The notes beneath the pieces were generated by a model, which made no database searches, was not told where the DNA came from, and saw nothing but the letters and a program-made list of their open reading frames with translations. A stretch of DNA of 64,000 nt from Azolla caroliniana (lineage: Eukaryota; Plantae; Polypodiophyta): the NCBI GenBank assembly GCA_043228905.1, contig JBHGNT010000020.1, positions 13,392,001-13,456,000 on the forward strand. The letters run 5' to 3'. Positions 1-12,213 of this stretch are shown one piece after another. Both the position numbers and the translations under genes were made by a program. Positions within the stretch are counted from its first letter, which is position 1. Each line of letters starts with the position of its first letter.

Positions 1-356
1 AACAGGATTCCTTATTAATAACAGTATTAACTGTTGCTAATCCGACTCATCTATAGTTTTATTGTATGATATATAAATCATAGTACTAGTGATAACAATA
101 TATATACCATTTTGACATGATAGATCAAAACTATGTGATTCATATCTCAATTGGACTAAATACAGATAATGATTCTTCTATTAATCCAAAGAAGTGCTAG
201 TCTGATTGCGCATATAGATGTAGATAAAACTGAAATTTATAAAAAAGGAAATCAAAGAATTCATAATGGTGCATCTCACACGAAAAGATCAGCCATTCCT
301 ATGATAATTTAAACAGCCTATTCCCGTAATCTAGAAAAACGTGACAGCGTATGACA

Positions 357-2083
357 TTAATGGAAACTTACATAGAGTTTAAGGACCTGCTGAATTTCTT
401 GGTCTTGCTTAATGAACTGCGCTTGAATCGATCCCATGCCATTACAGTTACTGCTGTTGGAAAGTGATGGCATTGAATCCGAGACAGCAACATTGAAAGT
501 AATATGGCGTCCAATCTCATGATGATCGGATGGTATATTGTTATACATTATATGACTATTAGATTGTTGTGCAATTACTTCCATACGATCATGAGAGGAA
601 ATCAGCATACTGGAATAATCAGTTCCCATGGTCTCCATTGTATTATGATGATCTCCATTACTACTAACAAAGAGCTGAGCTTCATTTTCTGGAGAGACTA
701 GCTTCGTTCCAGTATTAAAAAGGCTAGTGGTCTGTGAAACAAATAGATTGTTCTCTGCTATATTATTATTATTCATATTCCAGCTATTATGATTAGTAAC
801 AATAGTTGTAACAGGATGGCTTATTAAACCTGATGAAACGTTAACGTCAACATCGTCATCTTCACAAAGAAGATTTGTTCCAGGGTTGGAAGGGCCGATC
901 CGTGACAGAATACTAGCATCTGCTAAATTATAAATAGCATCAAAGCTATGATGACGAAGCTTCTTTCTCACAGGATTGAAAAGGCTCATTGTGGATCCAT
1001 GATTCATGAATTCTTGATGATAAGTTGGATTTATAATGTGATTATTATTGCGGATTAAACCGCCCCTAGTCGAAACCACGTCGAATATACTATATTGTTC
1101 AAGAGAATTAGGCTTCATTTCTGATCCGGGATAGAAAATGCTCTTGTCAGGATCGTTAACTATTCCTACAACATTAATATCGTTCTGATTATTACTGGCA
1201 TCAAAACCTGAAGTAACACAAGAAAAATATTATTATATGATCACAAAGATAATGAATTTCTGCAAAACATGAAATGTCTATGATTTGAAAGATTTATATC
1301 AATCAACCATCTATACAAAGATGATGAATGTCGGCACAGAAAAATTCAGAGGTTAATACATATTGTCTATATAGAAACCATGAACGTAGACAAAGAAAAA
1401 CATGATTTATATACATTAATAACCACCATATAATATAAACCAAGATCGAGAATTTCGGGATATAAAACAATTAATTAATTACCAGGTGTGCTGTACAACT
1501 GACGCAAGTTCTCTGCAAGAAAATCAGCAGTACCACGTTCATAATTGATGTTGCAGAACGCGGATGATTCGGCTAGGACACTGTGTTTTCTTCGGAAGGC
1601 AAGGAATTATCACACTTTAGTAAAGGGAATATTATCGTTTCGTAGGATTTCAAAAACAATCACTGAAGATGAAAATGCTGAAAATATTCCTTTTTATACT
1701 GTGCTTTCTTGACATAATGACAAGAAATGGCTAGAGTTTAGTAATGGGAAAACGAATCTGCTTCAGAGTACATAAAATTTAATGAAAACAAAAATCGCAT
1801 AATTTATTTTTAAAAATGGTGAACTAATTCCTTTTAGAGTGTTCCTTTTGGATTAACGCAAGAAATGGCACAGAAAGCTACTTTCTCTTTGGATTAAAGA
1901 AAAGAATCTATGATGAAACGAAAATGCGAGAAGAAACCTTTTGTAAAATGTCCACACATTAGTGTTGAAAAGATAATATGTCCTTCGAATTAAAAGAAAT
2001 TAACGGAAACGAAAGTGCCAAAAACAAATTTTCAAACAATTGTGAATTGATTATTCTTTTTCTTTTCTTCTACCTCTTGCCAT
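357..2083 (-). CDS. Probable multi-exon gene of unknown function (Asn/Ser/His-rich, low complexity), probably continuing beyond the left window edge
   Basis: The 253-aa ORF 357..1118 stays open upstream to an acceptor (TTCAG) giving exon 1207..372, which ends at a strong GTAAGT donor at 371. A phase-compatible upstream exon lies at 1572 or 1512..1483 (donor GTAATT), and a mini first exon ATG GCA AGA G|GTAG at 2083..2074 follows a CT-rich leader (~2100-2400). No domain recognised. Confidence 0.45.
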
Positions 2084-3114
2084 GGATGCTGCCTGGAAGA
2101 AGATTATTGTGCGTTTGGACCGCCATGATATACAAGAAAACACTCGGCAAAGTAAAACGGAATGAAGAAGAAGAAATGAGAGAAGGAAGAAACCAGGAAA
2201 GGAGAAGCCGAAATGCGGATGAAATGGAGGAGGAGGAAGCCGAAATGCAGAAGAATAGAAAAAGAAGAAGAGCTTGAACTCCTCCGTGGCTAATGAAGAT
2301 GAACACAGATGCAAACGAAGAAGAGCTTGAGCTTAAGCGTGGCTATGGCGAAGCAGAAGATCAAGCGATGAAGATGAAGAAGAAGAAGAAGAAGTACTAA
2401 CTAACTTGTCTTCCAAAATAAAAGAAATTAATTTGTTTTTTTATACATATTTAAAATATTGATAATTAATATCATCATATTCCTATAATATTATTTACAG
2501 AAATTAAATTATTTATTTATTTTATCCAATCGAATTGAGCTTTATTTTCGAAGCTTACTGCTAATGAATGTCTCTATGTATTTTGTGAAGAAATCATTTT
2601 CTTTCTTTTCTCTGCAGTTTTAAATGGCCTCTACATCGATTGGTTTATTTTGAAAAATAGAGCAAAAAATAGGGAAAATAGATCATCCATTCAGTAATTT
2701 GAAAAAACAAAAACATTTCATTATTGTTTTTTATTTAGAGAAAATTCCGACTAAATTTTGTTTGTTTATTTATTTACATTCATTTGAGCTTCATTTTTTA
2801 TTTCATGGCAAAATAAAATAAATAGTTGTTTTTCAAAAAAACAATATTACATATCCTAAGTTATGTTGATAAATAATAATTGTTTCTTTTTTAAACAAAT
2901 ATTATGCCAAGACGAAGTAGTACCTCTTTATTTTGTTATGGAAATGTATTTTCTCTTCTTCTTTTTCCACGGTCTGCCCTTTTAAATAGACTCTATTATG
3001 GATTTGATTTAATTTAATAATAGAGAAAACAGAAGAAAATCTAGATACAAATGCGATAATATTTATATTCAGCTGTTTTTTAAAAACATATTGATCGAAT
3101 TATTTATGTCTATC

Positions 3115-3210
3115 AATTGGTCTTTTAAAGTAAGTACATAATTATTTATCAAATAAATAAATATTTATTTATTTGATAAGTAATTATGTACTTACATTAA
3201 AAGACTAATT
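3115..3210. repeat. ~96-bp near-perfect AT-rich palindrome with no loop
   Basis: Arms GTAAGTACATAATTATTTATCAAATAAATAAAT and ATTTATTTATTTGATAAGTAATTATGTACTTAC (3130-3195, 1 mismatch). It extends to 3115-3210 with 2 more mismatches; centre at 3162/3163. Confidence 0.9.
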
Positions 3211-5173
3211 ATGCCAAGGCCAAATACATAGTATCTCTTTATTTTATTATGGAAATTTATCGCTTTTAAATGGGCTTCTACTATTGATTTATTTATTTTG
3301 ATAATAGAGTAAATAAATAGAAGCGAACAAAAAAAGCTAGCCAAAGTAATAGAAAAACGAAGAAGGCAGGAGACAAACAAAATTTGCAAGTAATTTTTGG
3401 TGTTCCTTTCTTTTTTGACTACAATGGAAGAAAGAAAGAAAGCTCATGAGAAAGAAGAATCTGTTCTTTAAATTTTCACCAGACGTTTGAAGAGATCTAG
3501 AGTTAAAAAAGAAAAGCCAACAAAAAAATACAAAAGCTTTTTCTTTATAAATTCATTTATGGAAGAGATTCTAGAAGGTTAAGTTGGTTCTTCTTGATTG
3601 ACACTTGTGTTGGTCGTTGGTTTGGCATCCTTCTTAAATAACACCTCTCTTTGGGCAAGCACGCCTATTCATACCAAGACTCTTAGGTGTTTGTCATTAT
3701 ACATTATAGCCTCGGCTTGGTTGCCCTACATAGTACACACTGCTCGATCAACATTTTCCATGAAATGATGAAAGGAGCTAGAGCCTGAAACAACTAGCCA
3801 ATTTTACACTTGGGCAAAGGAAGAACATGCAATACCGAAAAGAGCCATAAGATAGGCTTACCAGAAACTTGAAATAAACTAATCACCTTGAATGCCTCAT
3901 CATCTTCTTCTCATTAGGAATTGCCCTTGATTACTTCCATATAGCTTCTAGGAACCGGCTACCCAATGCACGTTCATTGTTGATGGTTCATAGATGTGTC
4001 CAGAAACTCCCTCTTCCCTTGGTAATAAACTATCTTTTGCCAATAGTTCTCGTGAACTTCATAGTTTTCTAATTATGTCATAGCAATTTGCATCTTCTCT
4101 CTTTCTTAGCACTTTTTAGTTGTAGCCTCTTTTGTACCCAAATTAACTTCAAATTCATGGGAGATGTGACTCCTCTTTTCTTATTTTTCCTATGCAACTT
4201 TAAAACCACATTCTGTCTCACATATTCCTCACATGTTCTTCAAATGTCACCACTAGTCAAGGTTGTTGCTATAAGTTACAACTTGTGAATCTATAAGCAA
4301 TAAGCAACCACTTCTTTCGCTACAAGACTTTATTTAAAGACCTCATGTTTTCTGTTAAATGGCAATGCCCTCAAATTGTTTCAACGATCAATCTAGACTG
4401 CAAATCTATGTTTATAAGCACTCCCTAGCATCAAAACTATAGTTTTTGTTTACAAAATTCATTAGGGTTGATAATTAAACATAGCATTTACAATCCATAA
4501 AGTCTTAAAAACATTCTTAGACGATCTCCTTCATTGAATAAAGCACCCACTGTCCAAGATTGCTGTAGTTGGGGTATAGACTAATTTATGGTTAAACCAT
4601 TAACACACAAAAAAACCTAAATTTTACCTTTCTTAACAAAACCATGTGCTTCTTGTACAATAGAATTTCATGCCCAGGATTCGGATTCCAACATACTCAT
4701 TATACAGAAGAACACAAGCAAAAAGACTTACAAAACAGATACTGACAAACATAGTGAGGAGCAGGAACCTTAGGGTTTTGAAATACCAAAACTAATCCAT
4801 TTACAAGGATGGAATTAGGCACACAGTTGAATATGACCCAAAAGTTAAGTCAGGGTGTAAAATACTCCTGAATTTTCACTTATGCAAAACATTTAATACT
4901 ATTGAATCCTAAAACAAAACTCCTCATACTGTCATTGCAAGCCACCTTAAAGAACAAACTTGTATTTTACAGAGGAAGCATCAAAAGCAAAAAAATGGAA
5001 GAGTCATACATAATTCTTCTGTTAAGTAAGGAATGATGTCCATAATGGAAATATATGTATGCATGTCAACGATGTGCACATGAACAAGATATAACTTACA
5101 AAAATTAAAAAGCAGGAGTATTTCTGGTTAGTATCCTTGGAACTGAGCACCCATTAGTGACATAAACGCATAT

Positions 5174-8100
5174 CTATAATGACAACATCTTGACTCTCTC
5201 ACGAAACCTTACAAGAGCATCTCGGCCTTGTCCCTCCTCCACTCGAATCTGTTTCAGGAGTTCTTCTTCAATCTTACCACCCACATTACTTACATGTACA
5301 GGCTGAAGGAATGGATGACTTAAGAGCTGAGGAATCCTCGACCTTTCGTCACGGTTATAGGTTAAACATTTCTTCATAATGTCCAATAAGTGAGGATTTG
5401 ACAGTGGCAAGTAGTTTATCTTGTGTCTGGGATTGGCCACTTCTTGAATCTTGGCATGCAATGAGGTTATATGGGCAAATGGTGTCTTTCCATATACCAT
5501 TTGGTACAAGATACATCCCAATGCCCATATGTCCGAGGATCGGCCACATTTTATCACATTACCATTTTCATCTATCTCTTTCATCAGAAAGGCTTCCGGA
5601 GACATATAGTTTAGGGTGCCCACTTGTGATTCTCTCTCAATATTTGTGGTATCACTTTGAATAGATTTAGCAATGCCAAAATCAATCAATTTTAGCACAC
5701 CTTTAACAAGCATGAAATTAGCAGGCTTCAGATCCCCATGCATAATCCGTGCCTCGTGTACTGTGTTAACCGCCTCGAGTATTTGCTGCCAAAAGGAACT
5801 ATATTTGTTACAAGAGTAGAGGAATAAAAATAAGCATGCATTGTGGCAAAGAGATGATCTTAAAATGCTTTTTTGATTCACACCTTCCAATAAAACCTCA
5901 ACCAAGTTTCATCAACATCATGGTTCCCATCTGTCCTTTCTTTCAATTTCTCCTGCAGCATAGTTGCTAAATCAACCTCTCCAAACTCTAGGACCATGTA
6001 GATATTCACGTCGTGCTTGATGGTAGAAGACTCTGCTTCATTACCAGAGAAGAGGGTTTTATCCGTGACCTAAACAAGACACAAATACAAGATAAGCTCA
6101 TTCACTTTACCAAGAAACAGAAAGGAACATCTGAATAATGGGTTTATCCTCTAACCAATAATACCTCGTGATCGATAAGTTTTATGATGTACTTTTTCCC
6201 TTGAAGCCTGGTGAGTAGCTCAATCTCTTCATAAAACCCACGCGCAGTACCATAGTCCCTACCTTTCAGCTTGATTCGCTTGAGAGCGTATATGTTATGC
6301 TCTCGATCAAGCACTGTAAAAACTTCACTGCTCCCACCTCTACCGATCCTTTTTAATTTCTGATACTTTTTCCCATTCACCACAACCACATTCTCATTTT
6401 CAATATGCCTTTTAGATGGAATAATTGGATCTCCTTGATTGCTTACCTTCTTTTCTACCTTACTCACACCAATATCAGATCCAGGAATCTCATCTCGAGG
6501 TTTCCTTGCCCTATTTTCTGCCAAGGCTATTTTCATTGGAGAGCTCGGCTCATCTCTCTTTATCACATTGTTAGAGGATTGAAGTTCATACTTTCTTTGG
6601 GATTGTTTATCAGCTACATTAGGACTAAATTTTGCCAAAGATTGCAAGTTTCTTGAGGTCGGTGGTTGAACATTCTCATCCGTATAGGACATTGCTAAAG
6701 GTGCTGATGATGTCCGAATCGTAATCGAGCAAGTGGTAGAAGAGACTATTGGTACAGAAGGACGATAAGCATCTGATGTAACAACTTGACAATTAGGTGT
6801 AGAATGTTTCAATTCTGTCCCAAACGACCCATGAGGGTCTTTATTTGATTCCGTCTTTGACCCATCTTTCTCCTCTACTGTCGATGTTTGCAAATCATGG
6901 AAAGAGGTATCAACAATATTGAGCCCATTCATAGAGGAAGATAATTCTTTGACAGATTTCAAGATCGGTTCATTCTGCTCACTTTCAACTGTGACTGAAC
7001 TCATGCTCGATTCTTGTACCTCCAAATAATTGGCAACTGAAATGGGTGGTTTAGATATAACTTCCTTTGAAGTTTCACACCACTTTCTATCTCTTTCCCT
7101 ATCATTCTGTAGAGCCTCCAACCGACTAGCAACTGAAATGGGCAGTTTAGACTCAACTTCTTTTGAAGTTTCATACCAGTTTCCTCGATTTTCCCTATTT
7201 TTCTGTAGGACCTCAAAGTATTTAGAAACTGAAACGGATGGATTAGACCCAACTTCCTTTGAACTTTCATACCATTTTCCTTCTCCTTCCCTGTCTGAAT
7301 GTCGAACTTCCCAGCAGTTCACCACTGAAATGGGTGGTTTAGATCCAATTTCTTTCAAAATCTCGTCACATGTTCCTTCTCTTTCACCTTCTGCTTCCAC
7401 ATGTCGGGAGGCATCAATGAACTGCAAAGGTTGCAAATTGCTTTTGGATTCTACAGGGGTTAACATATCATTATCGATTTGTTGTTGATAGTTCACTGAT
7501 TCTTCATCTCTACCGGTCAATTGTACAGAACCATTGAAACAATCCGGGTCTTTGCGGACCCGAATCTTAGTAGGTGGTTTCACGAGTAAAGAGCCAACTT
7601 TCCTACTACCAAAACTAGATTGGAAATTCTGCAATTTGTTTGAAACTTGAAGAACCCTTTTTTTCTCTGTACTCCTCTCTGAAACAACCTGTTTTCTCGC
7701 CTCTCTTCCCTTATAATACTCACCACCAGGATTGATATTTTCTTTGTCTTTGTCACGAATGCTAAGAATTTCTTTAGCTGAGTCTATTGCTTTCCTATTT
7801 TGAGCCTCTGCACTAATTACGTCTAAATTGATTCTAGCTTCAGTCTTTCTTTCTAGATCTCTACCATCTCTATCTGCTTTCCTTTTCCTTGCTTCAGAAG
7901 AATCACTAGATGTTTTCGTTGCAGAAGGAGAATCATTCTTTCTACCTGGGTTGCCTTCTACAGAGACCGCATTACATGGAACCCTACGGGGCAATCCTGT
8001 AAATTGTTCATAATACACATTTGGTAGTTAATCAATACAAATACATATTAATTTGCATCTCAGAAGCCTGAATAAAAACAGATGGTAAGGATTCTCAGAA

Positions 8101-9231
8101 CCCTAATCAGAGAAAGATCCTGGAATTTCCCAAACCCTAAACACAGACAGATAAAAGGGTTTCAGAACCCTAAGGGAATGGAAGATCAAGGAAGTTCAAA
8201 GCCTAATTTCTAAATAGAGACAGATAATTAAATTTATAAATTCTCAAAGTAGACAGAATGCATATCGAGACCATAAACACAGACAGATGATAAATCTCCA
8301 AACCCTAAACTAGATAGATGGTGCTACACAAAATCTAAATACACAAACATCATCAAGCTTAAATCCCTGTAGACAGACAGGTCAAACCTTAAATAGAGGC
8401 AGATTATGGGGTTTCAAATCTTAAACGCACAAAGTTCATGTCATTTCAAAGCCCTAATCATGGGACAGTTCATATGATTACGAAATCACAAATGCGGGCA
8501 AATCATAGAGTGTGAAAAACTTAAGCAAAGATAGATTGTGCATTTCAGACATATCATAAACACAGATGCATAACGTAATTTCAATTAAAGCCTAAGGACA
8601 CAGAAACATGGGCCGTTACCCACAAATCAAAACAACTATTACAAGCTTCAGAATGTAAACAGAATGAAACACAGAGAGAGAGGAGTTAGAAACGAACAAA
8701 GTGTATCGCTAAACAAATCATGGAGATTCAAAAACCCTAATCAGAAGTGTATTTCAAAAACCTAAATACAGACAGATCGTGCATTCTGAAACTCTCAGAA
8801 AACACTTGCATTCCAAACCCTAATCACAAGAAGACCATCGAATTCCAAACCCAATCCCTAAAAGTACCTGCACAGAGAGAGAGAGAGAGAGATGTGTATT
8901 CCCAGATTATTTAAAGCTCCCACTAAATACAAACCATTTCAAAATCCTAGACACAGAATTTGGAATTTCAAACCAGAAACATGAAAATTATTTCAGAATC
9001 GAAACGGAACGCAAGAAAGAAGGACAGAGAGAAATCAAAGATAGGGGGGAGGGGTGGAAAAGCACAGAACAAAATAGAATGAGGAATAATACGGCGAGAG
9101 ACGAGAATGTGTGTACCTAGAGAAGCCAATCTGTTGATGCGATGGAGATCTATCTGGAGCTTGGGCGTACCATTCAACCATTTTTCAGAGAAGATGTTGG
9201 AGGAGGGCTTGTCTTCTGAGAAGGTCGCCAT
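5174..9231 (-). CDS. MPS1: MPS1/TTK-like spindle-assembly-checkpoint dual-specificity protein kinase, ~914 aa, 4 exons
   Basis: Exons 9231..9117, 7996..6165, 6069..5884, 5785..5174, all GT-AG and phase-consistent (2745 nt). Kinase motifs [56 protein letters not shown] and [20 protein letters not shown] are typical of MPS1. Confidence 0.93.
7010..7395 (-). repeat. Four in-frame 96-bp (32-aa) tandem repeats in MPS1 exon 2
   Basis: ACTGAAA(T/C)GG recurs every 96 bp (~7036, 7132, 7228, 7324). Protein units: [11 protein letters not shown].., [11 protein letters not shown].., [11 protein letters not shown].., [11 protein letters not shown].. Confidence 0.9.
8095..8960. repeat. Degenerate minisatellite with telo-box-like cores (AAACCCTAA variants, often followed by ACAGA(C/T)AGAT) in MPS1 intron 1
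   Basis: Exact AAACCCTAA at ~8132, 8300, 8732 and 8815, plus many variants (GAACCCTAA, AAGCCCTAA, AAACCTAAA, AAATCCTAG), all on the same strand at roughly 35-45 bp spacing. Confidence 0.7.
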
Positions 9232-9750
9232 AGCCTAAGGTGCAGCATCTTCAGAATCGAACCTGAGGAGGAGGAGGAAGAAGAAGAAGAAGACGAAGAA
9301 AAGAAGTGAAGAAAAGAGGAGGGGAAGAGGAAAGGGGGGCCGCCATAGCCATGATCTCTCTCTCTCTCTCTGTGCAGGAAAGGAAAGAGAAGAAGAAGAA
9401 GACCTGAGAACCATATATTTGAATTGGGTTCCCTCCCTCTCTGCCTCTCTCTCTCTCTCTCTCTCACATAGTATGAAACATACGTACCATTCGTTCCTTC
9501 GCATTCGCGAACATTCTTATCATTCGCCTAAGAAAAACACCCTCGACGAATTGTAAATACCATACTTTTGCACTCATTATGTATTTATTATAAAGAGAAA
9601 AAAAAAAGATTTAGGGTAAGAAAGTTAAGGTAAAAAAGTGTAATTAAAAAAACACAAGAATGTTTTAATAACATTCGCATGCGTTTGAATACATATGAAA
9701 GCAAATGTTTGGGCTAACGAACACGAATATTACGTACTATGTTACAACTT

Positions 9751-11225
9751 TTTTTTTTTCCAAAAAAACACTACTTCCCATTAGTTAGCAAAAGAATTAC
9801 ATCGAAGAACAGCCATAATCAAAAGAGCATAATCCTCACCTAACTATTTACAACAAGAGTAACCCACTGCCTCTTTTTACATAGTGACCACCATGGTGAC
9901 CACATATTCACAACGAAGCCAATGGCGGAAACAACCATCTTGGTGCTTGGTAATTCCATTTAGGACCAGACGCTGAATTAACCATCATAGGAGAGCGACC
10001 CCATTTCAGCAAAAACTTTGAGCGAGCCCTGTCTGTTGCATCCGAGTTCCCTTCAATTGAGTTGTACTGTCCGCGCAGCCAAGATACCAGCTCGAACCAA
10101 ATGTTTAGCAACACCTCACCGCTTGGGAGTTTTCGTTGCTGAAAAACCAGCATACATCGTCTGGTCCAAATGTGCCAGACCGAGAAGCATGCCACCAACA
10201 TCCATATCTCCTCAAAAAAACCAGAGTTTGTACCAGGTTCTACTCCCACACTTTTGAATACACTGCCGCCCTGCAATATAAAACCATGACCATGTGGATT
10301 TAATTGTTCCGCCCAACCTTCCTTAGTTAGTTTCAAACCCTGTAAGGACCCCCACACAACTCTCCCATTCACCCCGCATGCTGCCACTATCCTGAGACTT
10401 CGACCCCAAATGCTGATTGCCTCTGCACAATTCCAAAAACAGTGAGGTATCGATTCCAAAGAGTGACCACATAACAGGCAACCAGCCTCCCCACCACGAG
10501 ACCTCATCCACTCCCCTACCGGTAACGCCTTATGACTAAGAAGCCAAAACCACACCTTGATTTTTTCTGGCATATCAGATGCCCATAGTCTCCGCCAAAA
10601 CGACTTCAACAAGTCATCTGATATGCCTTTATCCCTCCAACTATTGCGAGTTTGAGCAGCACCCACTGATTTGGAGCCAATGATTTGCCTTCCGAGCTTA
10701 GTACTATAATCAAAAAACCCCACCAGTTTGTTCGTTCCCGGTTTTTGCCACCATACCTCTAGTGGATCCCACTCCAAATCATGTAGAGGCTTGTTGTCCA
10801 ATAGCCATAGTTTACAATCATTATCTAGCTTCCCTGGGTCTGGGTTTAATTGCCACTTCTTACCTTCCAACACTGCCACCCGCACTACCAACCACTGACC
10901 ATTGTCGGACAAAGCACTTAGGTTTCCCCACAAACGATATTCATTAGATGGACACTTGCCACGGATAATTTGTCCATCACTCTCACCTACAAACCACCCA
11001 GACCAGACCCCCTCTTCCTTATCCAACCTATCTAGACCATCAACAGCCTTATTTATCAGTTGGGTCACCTTCTCAAGCCTACAAGAAATGCTACCAAACT
11101 GACCCTCCCTCCTCTTCATTTTGAAAACATCCCACTCTCTTACTGAACTAACATTGTACCCTAACATGCGGCCCCATGGCAAATATTTTTTCTGTCCAAG
11201 CATCATGTCGTCCTCGTTTCTAATC
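9751..11225 (-). mobile_element. 5'-truncated L1-type non-LTR retrotransposon (ORF2 C-terminus with zf-RVT), recent insertion
   Basis: Uninterrupted 432-aa ORF 9908..11206 with KIKVWFWLLSHKALP and the CxxC..ESIPHCFWNC zinc-binding motif. 3' poly(A) lies at ~9749-9759 on the - strand. Perfect 14-bp TSD CTATGTTACAACTT at 9737-9750 and 11226-11239. Confidence 0.92.
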
Positions 11226-11354
11226 CTATGTTACAACTTACACACACATCTTTTTTCTTTCTTTTTTTGGTAAACACAGACACACATCTCTTTTTTTTCG
11301 TAATTAGCTTACCTTAATGGTAAGTTGTTACCTTACATACTTCCTATATTTATA

Positions 11355-11458
11355 TATCTCTTAATTCACTAGATGCCACTATGGAATGTAGGGGTTGAAC
11401 CCATGACCACCTAGTCTCCATTGGGCAACCTTACCAACTGAGCAACATCCATCTGGAC
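11355..11458 (-). mobile_element. tRNA-derived SINE, copy 1
   Basis: The - strand reads ..GATGTTGCTCAGTTGGTAAGG (A box) ..GGGTTCAACCCC (B box) ..GGCATCTAGTGAATTAAGAGAT. Similar to copies at 22277 and 48257. Confidence 0.8.
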
Positions 11459-11480
11459 ACACACACACACACATACTGTT

Positions 11481-11792
11481 ATGTGTCTGTGTGTATTTGT
11501 GTGTGTGAAGTCAAGAAGAGTGAGAAGAGGCGATGTTTATAAGAAGACTCGGGGTAGAACTTTTTGAAAACTTTCGAGGTTGTATAAAACATATATTTGG
11601 AGAGCCTTTGGAAATAAAACATACATTGTTGTGTGTGTGTGTGTATTTGTGTGTGTGTGTGTGTGTGTGTGTGAAGTCAAGAAGAGGAGTGAGAAGAGGC
11701 GATGTTTATAAGAAGACTCGGGGTAGAACTTTTTGAAAACTTTCGGGGTTGTAGTTGTATAAAACATATATTTGGAGAGCCTTGGAAATAAA
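11481..11792. repeat. Tandem duplication of a ~150-170-bp unit containing (TG)n
   Basis: GTGAAGTCAAGAAG..GCGATGTTTATAAGAAGACTCGGGGTAGAACTTTTTGAAAACTTTCG..TTTGGAGAGCCTT occurs twice, at ~11505 and ~11671. Confidence 0.9.
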
Positions 11793-12176
11793 CCAGAAGA
11801 GAGGGGGAGAGGGGCCCTGCAGTGTTGCCTTTTTACGACCGTTTTAACCATTTTTGGCCAATTTAACAGTATATAAAGGTTAATTTGAAAATGAAACTGT
11901 CAATCTTGCACGGGCATTTATTTTATAAAAACGTAAAAATGAAGGTTTAAATTTTTTTAATATTGTCAAATTTTGCTAAGGCCAAAACAATAGTACATGT
12001 ATTAGAGTGTTGCAAATTACAATTCATAGGCTATAGCATATAGTTTTATTTGAGAAAGGTAAATGTGTAAACATATGTGATGTGATGTGATAAAGGAGAA
12101 GAAGTGCCCGGACATATGCATGGTGTAAAAATAAACTTAGGGCTTCTTCTATTTTTAACCCATTCCTCTCTTCTAT

Positions 12177-12213
<37 letters not shown>

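Noticed and set aside
1978-2314. Three overlapping ORFs (E/R-rich on +, F/S/L-rich on -)
   Set aside because: Products of a (GAA)n/(CTT)n-rich leader with no domain signal. Better explained as the 5' UTR of the leftward gene.
3560-4480. Coding-like decayed sequence between the orphan gene and MPS1
   Set aside because: No long frame and no motif I could assign. Probably an old TE, but unsupported.
5786-5905. N-terminal part of ORF 5174..5905 (MVEVLLEG..SSFWQ)
   Set aside because: Mostly intron 3 of MPS1 read through in frame. The real exon starts at 5785.
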